Part shown: positions 38,594 through 42,767 of the stretch, in pieces
Numbering within the stretch: the first letter of the stretch is position 1
Layout: each line of letters starts with the position of its first letter
From: Hyphomicrobium sp.
GTDB taxonomy: Bacteria > Pseudomonadota > Alphaproteobacteria > Rhizobiales > Hyphomicrobiaceae
Direction: 5' to 3'
DNA length: 42,767 bases
Assembly (NCBI GenBank): GCA_036560245.1
Contig: DATBRP010000288.1
Coordinates: 1-42,767 of the forward strand
The notes under the pieces: generated by a model
Databases searched by the model: none
What the model was told of the DNA's origin: nothing
What the model saw: only the letters and a program-made list of their open reading frames with translations
Made by a program: the position numbers and the translations under genes

Positions 38594-38818
38594 TCAACCG
38601 TAAAGAATGATGAGCGCGATCAGAAGACCGAAGAGGCCCGTTGCTTCCGCGAGGGCGAAGCCGATCAGCAGGTTCGTAAACTGGCCCGGTGCCGCCGACG
38701 GATTGCGCATGGCACCCGAGAGGTAGTTGCCGAAGATGTTGCCAATGCCGACGCCAGCGCCGATCAGCGCGCTGCACGCGAGGCCCGCGCCGATCATCTT
38801 CGCTGCTTGAAGGTCCAT
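38594..38818 (-). CDS. atpE: ATP synthase Fo subunit c
   Basis: GAGVGIG glycine motif, RNP loop and FALAEATG carboxylate. Confidence 0.97.
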   Translation of the reverse strand: MDLQAAKMIGAGLACSALIGAGVGIGNIFGNYLSGAMRNPSAAPGQFTNLLIGFALAEATGLFGLLIALIILYG

Positions 38819-38881
38819 TCCGAAGTCTCCCTTTGCTTTCGTTCTTGCGTTGAAAATTCTGCACCGGTCTTAAGAAACCGA

Positions 38882-39637
38882 TCAGTGATGCATGTTGAGT
38901 GCATCGTTCAGGTAGATGCAGGTCAGGACCGTGAAGATCAGCGCCTGCAGGAATGCGACCAGAACTTCGAGACCCGTGAACGCCACCATGAAACCCGTCG
39001 GCGCGATCTTGCCCCACCAGGGCAGCATGACCGCAAAGCCGGCGAAAACCTCGAGCATCGTGTGTCCGGCCATCATATTGGCGAAGAGACGCACCGAGTG
39101 GCTGATAGGTCGGATGAAATAGGAAATGAGTTCGATCGGGACGATGACGATCAACAGCCAGAAGGGCACGCCCTCTGGAACGAAGAGCTTGAGATAGCCG
39201 GCGCCGTGCTTCCAGAAGCCGATGAGTGTGGCCGTAATCCAAACCATCGCAGCAAGCGCGAAGGTGATGATGATGTGGCTCGTCACCGTGAAGACGCCAG
39301 GGACCAAGCCGATGAAATTGAGAACCAGAATGAAGATGAATATCGAGAATATCCAGGGAAAGAACTTCATTCCCTCCTCGCCGAGGTTCTCTTTGACCAT
39401 GCCGGCGACGTATTCGTAGACGATCTCTGCGAGCGACTGGATGCGCGAGGGGACGAGCGAACGCGAATTCATCGCGAAAATCATGAAGGCGGAGATAAGA
39501 ACCAGCGACACGATCATCATCAGCGCCGAATTCGTGAACGAGATATCGTGCCCAAAGAGATCGAGCGAAAAGATCTTGTGGATCTCGAACTGCTCCATCG
39601 GACCGTGATGTGCAGTTCCTTCAACGACTCCAGCCAA
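38882..39637 (-). CDS. atpB: ATP synthase Fo subunit a
   Basis: PMEQF, SFTNSA, PSRIQ, IELISYFIRPISHSVRLFANMMAGH and LQALIF. Confidence 0.97.
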   Translation of the reverse strand: MAGVVEGTAHHGPMEQFEIHKIFSLDLFGHDISFTNSALMMIVSLVLISAFMIFAMNSRSLVPSRIQSLAEIVYEYVAGMVKENLGEEGMKFFPWIFSIFIFILVLNFIGLVPGVFTVTSHIIITFALAAMVWITATLIGFWKHGAGYLKLFVPEGVPFWLLIVIVPIELISYFIRPISHSVRLFANMMAGHTMLEVFAGFAVMLPWWGKIAPTGFMVAFTGLEVLVAFLQALIFTVLTCIYLNDALNMHH

Positions 39638-39654
39638 GCTCTACCCCCTGCGTC

Positions 39655-40053
39655 TCAATCGTCGTCATCTTTGACTGACGGCGCTGCTCTTTGCAGCGGT
39701 TCGTTTTGTGCCTGCGCCCTTTGGGCGGCGCGGACGACATTCAGAAGACCTGCAGCGAAGCCGAGGATGACCAAAACGATCATGAACCAAGGCGCCGTGC
39801 CGAATTGCTTGTCGAGCGCCCAGCCGAGCCCGCCGCCCACGACAACACCAACGACCAGCTCGCCGGCGAACTTGAAAGCTGGTCCGAAGTCGGACTGGCT
39901 TCGTTCGGCCACCGGCTTTTCGGCCTTGGCTCGCTGCGATTTTAGCGCATCGAGCTTTTGGCCGATTTCTTCCGACCGCTTGCGGATTGCCTCACGGTCT
40001 TCCGGGCTGATTTGACCGTTTTCCGGAAGTTGCCCCTTGCCATCGCCTGACAT
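39655..40053 (-). CDS. atpI: ATP synthase protein I (AtpZ/AtpI family)
   Basis: ELVVGVVVGGGLGWALDKQFGTAPW..LGFAAGLLNV. First gene of the Fo operon. Confidence 0.9.
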   Translation of the reverse strand: MSGDGKGQLPENGQISPEDREAIRKRSEEIGQKLDALKSQRAKAEKPVAERSQSDFGPAFKFAGELVVGVVVGGGLGWALDKQFGTAPWFMIVLVILGFAAGLLNVVRAAQRAQAQNEPLQRAAPSVKDDDD

Positions 40054-40112
40054 GGTTCAAACCCATCCAGAAATGCAGAAAATCCTGCCGCTGCGGAAGA
40101 TCGACGGCGCGG

Positions 40113-40141
40113 ACCATAGTTAGGGGGTCTGGGGGTGTCAA
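40113..40141 (-). promoter_or_regulatory. sigma70 promoter of the Fo operon
   Basis: Minus strand TTGACA (40141-40136), 17-bp spacer, TATGGT (40118-40113), about 60 bp upstream of the atpI start. Confidence 0.7.
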
Positions 40142-40268
40142 GGAATTGGGCACAACCAGCCTGCCGCGTGGGTACGGCGAAACGGCGCAGCCACCGCGAC
40201 TGGCCGGTTCTTAACACCGGTCAGCACACGGAACTGCGTCGTGGTTGCGGCTTTCGGTTCGCGCCAGC

Positions 40269-40529
40269 CTATTTGGCGGTGTCTGGGTTCGAGGGCCCGG
40301 GTGCCGTGGGGATAGTTGCTGGGCGGCTTTGCTCGCTGTTCTGCGTCGTCCCGTCCATCTGGGGCGGTGTCTTATGCGAAAATGCGAATATAAACCCGGC
40401 AAAAATGACCGCAATCAACGCGGTCGAGAAAATCAGGACGCGCAGGTTCATCTTACGCGGGCTCGCCTGCCGCGCTTCCGTCGGTTCGAGAACCTCGCCC
40501 TTTGTCGGCGAATAATGCTGTCTGGCCAC
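40269..40529 (-). CDS. small single-TM hypothetical protein
   Basis: GGAGG RBS 5 nt before GTG 40529. TEARQASPRKMNLRVLIFSTALIAVIFAGFIFAF is followed by a Pro/Thr-rich tail. Confidence 0.7.
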   Translation of the reverse strand: MARQHYSPTKGEVLEPTEARQASPRKMNLRVLIFSTALIAVIFAGFIFAFSHKTPPQMDGTTQNSEQSRPATIPTAPGPSNPDTAK

Positions 40530-40621
40530 GGACGCCTCCATTCCTTTAAGGGAGGAGAACGCGCCCTCTGCAAATCGGGTTCCTTCGCCAGCAAGCGGGA
40601 ATTGACGGCTGAAGGGCCAAA

Positions 40622-42767
40622 TCAGCCTGCTTCGCGGAAGCTTTGTGCCGTTTGCAGGTCGACCGACACGAGCTGAGACACGCCTTTTTCGGCCATTGTG
40701 ACGCCAAACAGCCGGTTCATACGCGCCATCGTCATCGGGTGATGCGTAATCGCCAGGAACCGCGTCGCTGTTTCGCTCGCCATTTGCTCCATCAGCCTGC
40801 AGAAGCGGTCGACATTTGCGTCATCGAGCGGCGCGTCGACCTCGTCCAGCACACAGATCGGCGACGGGTTCGTCAGGAACACGGCAAAGATCAGCGAGAG
40901 AGCCGTCAGCGTCTGCTCGCCGCCTGAGAGCAACGATAGCGTCGCAGGCTTCTTGCCCGGCGGCTTCGCAATGATTTCGAGACCACCTTCGAGCGGATCT
41001 TCCGGACTTTCGATCATCTCGAGACGCGCCTCGCCGCCGCCGAAGAGATGCGTGAACAGACGCTCGAAGTGAGCGTTGACGGTCGCGAACGCTTCATCCA
41101 ACCGCGCTTTGCCCTCACGATTGAGCTGCTGAATGGCACCACGTAACTTGGCGATGCCCTGTTCAAGATCGGTTCGCTCAGCAACCAAGCCTTCGAGCTG
41201 TTTCGAGACTTCGACGAGGTCCTCGTCCGCTTGCAGGTTGACGCCGCCAAGCCGTTCGCGGTCGGCTTTGAGCCGCGTCAGCTGCCTTTCGACGTCGGCA
41301 AGCTGCGGAATGGTTGCGAATTCGGAGACGGCTGCGATCGCCAGGCAATCTTCGGGTGCGACTTCAAAAGTCTCGCGGATATGCCGCGCCGCTTCCTGGC
41401 GACGCTGACGCGCATTTTCCAGACGCGTCTCGATCCGGGCATTGGCTTCGCGTGCAGCTGATACTTCCGATTGGATGGTTCTGAGCGCTTCGGTCGCGGT
41501 GCGAATTGCCGTCTCCGCCGTCGCGAGGGCGTCGGCGGCGGTCCGCCGCTCGTCGTCGGCGCGCGACAGTGCGGACAGCAGAGCTTCGCGCTGGGCCGCG
41601 ATGCGATCCGGCAGATCAGCGTTGGCTTCCATCTCGCCGCGCGTTTCCGCGAGCCGCGCTTCGAGCGCTTCGATTTGCTGTTCGGCGCTTTGCTGGCGTC
41701 CTTGCCACCGGGCGATATCGGCATTCACATGACGGATGCGTTCGGTGCGGATCTGGCGGTCGCGCTCGATGCTGCCGACCCGGACGCGCGCCTCGGCAAC
41801 CTCGCGTCTTGCCTGTTCAGCCTCCGCCTGCGTGACCTTGAGCTGCGGTTCCAGATCTTCGCCTTCGCTCATCGTGACGATGTGCGCCTCGATCTCGACA
41901 TGGCGCGCCTGAGCGTTGGTCAGATCCTCATCGGCACGCGATCTCTGAGCCATGACGGCGGCAAGGCGCGTTTCGCTTTCGCGCTGCAGTTTTTCAAGCG
42001 CCGTTAACTGCTGACGAACTTGCGCGAGTTCGTTCTGCCGCTCACGCCAGAGCTGACGCAAACGCCGTTCTTCCACTTCAGCCTTTTGAGCGGCATCGGC
42101 GGCGGCTCGCTCAGCGTCGATCGTGTCTTTTGCTTCGTTCAGGACGGCCTGAGCCCGGCGATCAAGTTCGAGTAGGCGGTTCTTGTGCGCCAAGCGTTGC
42201 GCCGCGGGTGTTACGCCACCGGCGGCAGCGACGAAGCCGTCCCATCGCCAAAGATCGCCTTCGGGCGACACGAGCCGCTGACCCGGCTTCAAATGCGGCT
42301 GCAGGCGCGGACCGGCAGATCGCGTCACGACGCCGATCTGGCGCAGCCGCCGCGTCAACTCCTGTGGCGCCTCAACGTGCATGACAAGCGGCTCGGCATC
42401 GGCTGGCAAAGCGTGGTCCTCGGCCGGAACGTCGAGGTGACGCCAGTGCACGCTCGCTTCCGTTGAGAGCGACGCTTCGAGATCGTCTCCCAATGCGGCG
42501 CCGAGCGCGGTTTCGTAGCCGGGCGAAACGCGAATTTGGTCGACGGCTGGCGGATAAGCGCCGTCGTCCGTGGCGGCGAGCAGCTTGGCGATGGTCTCGC
42601 GTTCGGTCGAAAAGGCGTTGGCCGCGAGACGCACGCGCTGCGCTTCATCGCGCCGGGCTCTCGCCTCGACCTGCGTTGTCTTGACCGCTTCCTCGGCAGC
42701 AACTGCCTGCGCCTCGATAGTCGTGATTTCGTGAGCGAGTGCCTGACCGCGTTCGGAAATGTCCGCC
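40622..42767 (-). CDS. smc: chromosome segregation protein SMC (3' part; 5' end outside window)
   Basis: Hinge region (GYETALGAALGDDL, RLVSPEGDLWRWDG), long coiled coil, LGGVNL, KPPGKK, LSGGEQ, LDEVDAPLDD and ITH. Frame checked open to the window end. Confidence 0.97.
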   Translation of the reverse strand, partial: ADISERGQALAHEITTIEAQAVAAEEAVKTTQVEARARRDEAQRVRLAANAFSTERETIAKLLAATDDGAYPPAVDQIRVSPGYETALGAALGDDLEASLSTEASVHWRHLDVPAEDHALPADAEPLVMHVEAPQELTRRLRQIGVVTRSAGPRLQPHLKPGQRLVSPEGDLWRWDGFVAAAGGVTPAAQRLAHKNRLLELDRRAQAVLNEAKDTIDAERAAADAAQKAEVEERRLRQLWRERQNELAQVRQQLTALEKLQRESETRLAAVMAQRSRADEDLTNAQARHVEIEAHIVTMSEGEDLEPQLKVTQAEAEQARREVAEARVRVGSIERDRQIRTERIRHVNADIARWQGRQQSAEQQIEALEARLAETRGEMEANADLPDRIAAQREALLSALSRADDERRTAADALATAETAIRTATEALRTIQSEVSAAREANARIETRLENARQRRQEAARHIRETFEVAPEDCLAIAAVSEFATIPQLADVERQLTRLKADRERLGGVNLQADEDLVEVSKQLEGLVAERTDLEQGIAKLRGAIQQLNREGKARLDEAFATVNAHFERLFTHLFGGGEARLEMIESPEDPLEGGLEIIAKPPGKKPATLSLLSGGEQTLTALSLIFAVFLTNPSPICVLDEVDAPLDDANVDRFCRLMEQMASETATRFLAITHHPMTMARMNRLFGVTMAEKGVSQLVSVDLQTAQSFREAG

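Noticed and set aside
38594-38818. Na+-coupled ATP synthase as a partner of the altered oxidase
   Set aside because: Subunit c has E-A-T and lacks the Q...E-S/T...Y Na+ signature, so it is an ordinary H+ type.
38564-40015. 483-aa plus-strand ORF
   Set aside because: Antisense shadow of atpE/atpB/atpI with no recognisable motifs. Such ORFs are common in GC-rich DNA.
1-42767. CRISPR array, tRNA/rRNA, IS, prophage or defence system
   Set aside because: By eye I found no regularly spaced direct repeats, tRNA cloverleaves, or transposase, integrase or defence-type nuclease ORFs. The SMC is the housekeeping type in its usual position near the Fo operon.

Overview
GC-rich alphaproteobacterial chromosomal segment. 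Gene content and order point to Hyphomicrobiales, most like a Hyphomicrobium-type organism; this is inferred and not checked against a database. The left ~17 kb is semi-accessory envelope and transport content: a small membrane protein, a 606-aa unknown exported protein, an esterase + DUF2147 + DevC/DevA/DevB-type ABC exporter cluster, a DUF533 protein, a TetR-MFP-RND efflux operon, an orphan BcsS-type beta-barrel with a small 4-Cys secreted protein, a phasin-like protein and IalB. The right ~25 kb is the conserved Rhizobiales core block: coxB-coxA-ctaB-coxF-ctaG-coxC-DUF983-surf1-thrC-M16 peptidase-rimJ-like-rgsP-like (7TM-PAS-GGDEF-EAL), yqgE, DsbD-domain protein, Prx5, rnhA-thrB-ispH, a lipoprotein, the Fo operon (atpI-B-E-F'-F) and the 3' part of smc. 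I found no rRNA, tRNA, CRISPR array, transposase or integrase. The most notable signal is in the aa3 oxidase. It keeps all heme, CuA and CuB ligands and the D- and K-channel residues, but carries coordinated substitutions in both subunits at the normally invariant Mg/Mn site and proton-exit region: CoxB CSELCG->CSVLCG and KxDA->KMQA; CoxA HDTYY->HNTYY, PRRY->PRHY and WTxYPP->WILVVP. Other candidates are a CtrA-like box controlling the DevBCA/DUF2147 cluster, a long disordered tail on the RgsP-like protein and two structured intergenic regions.
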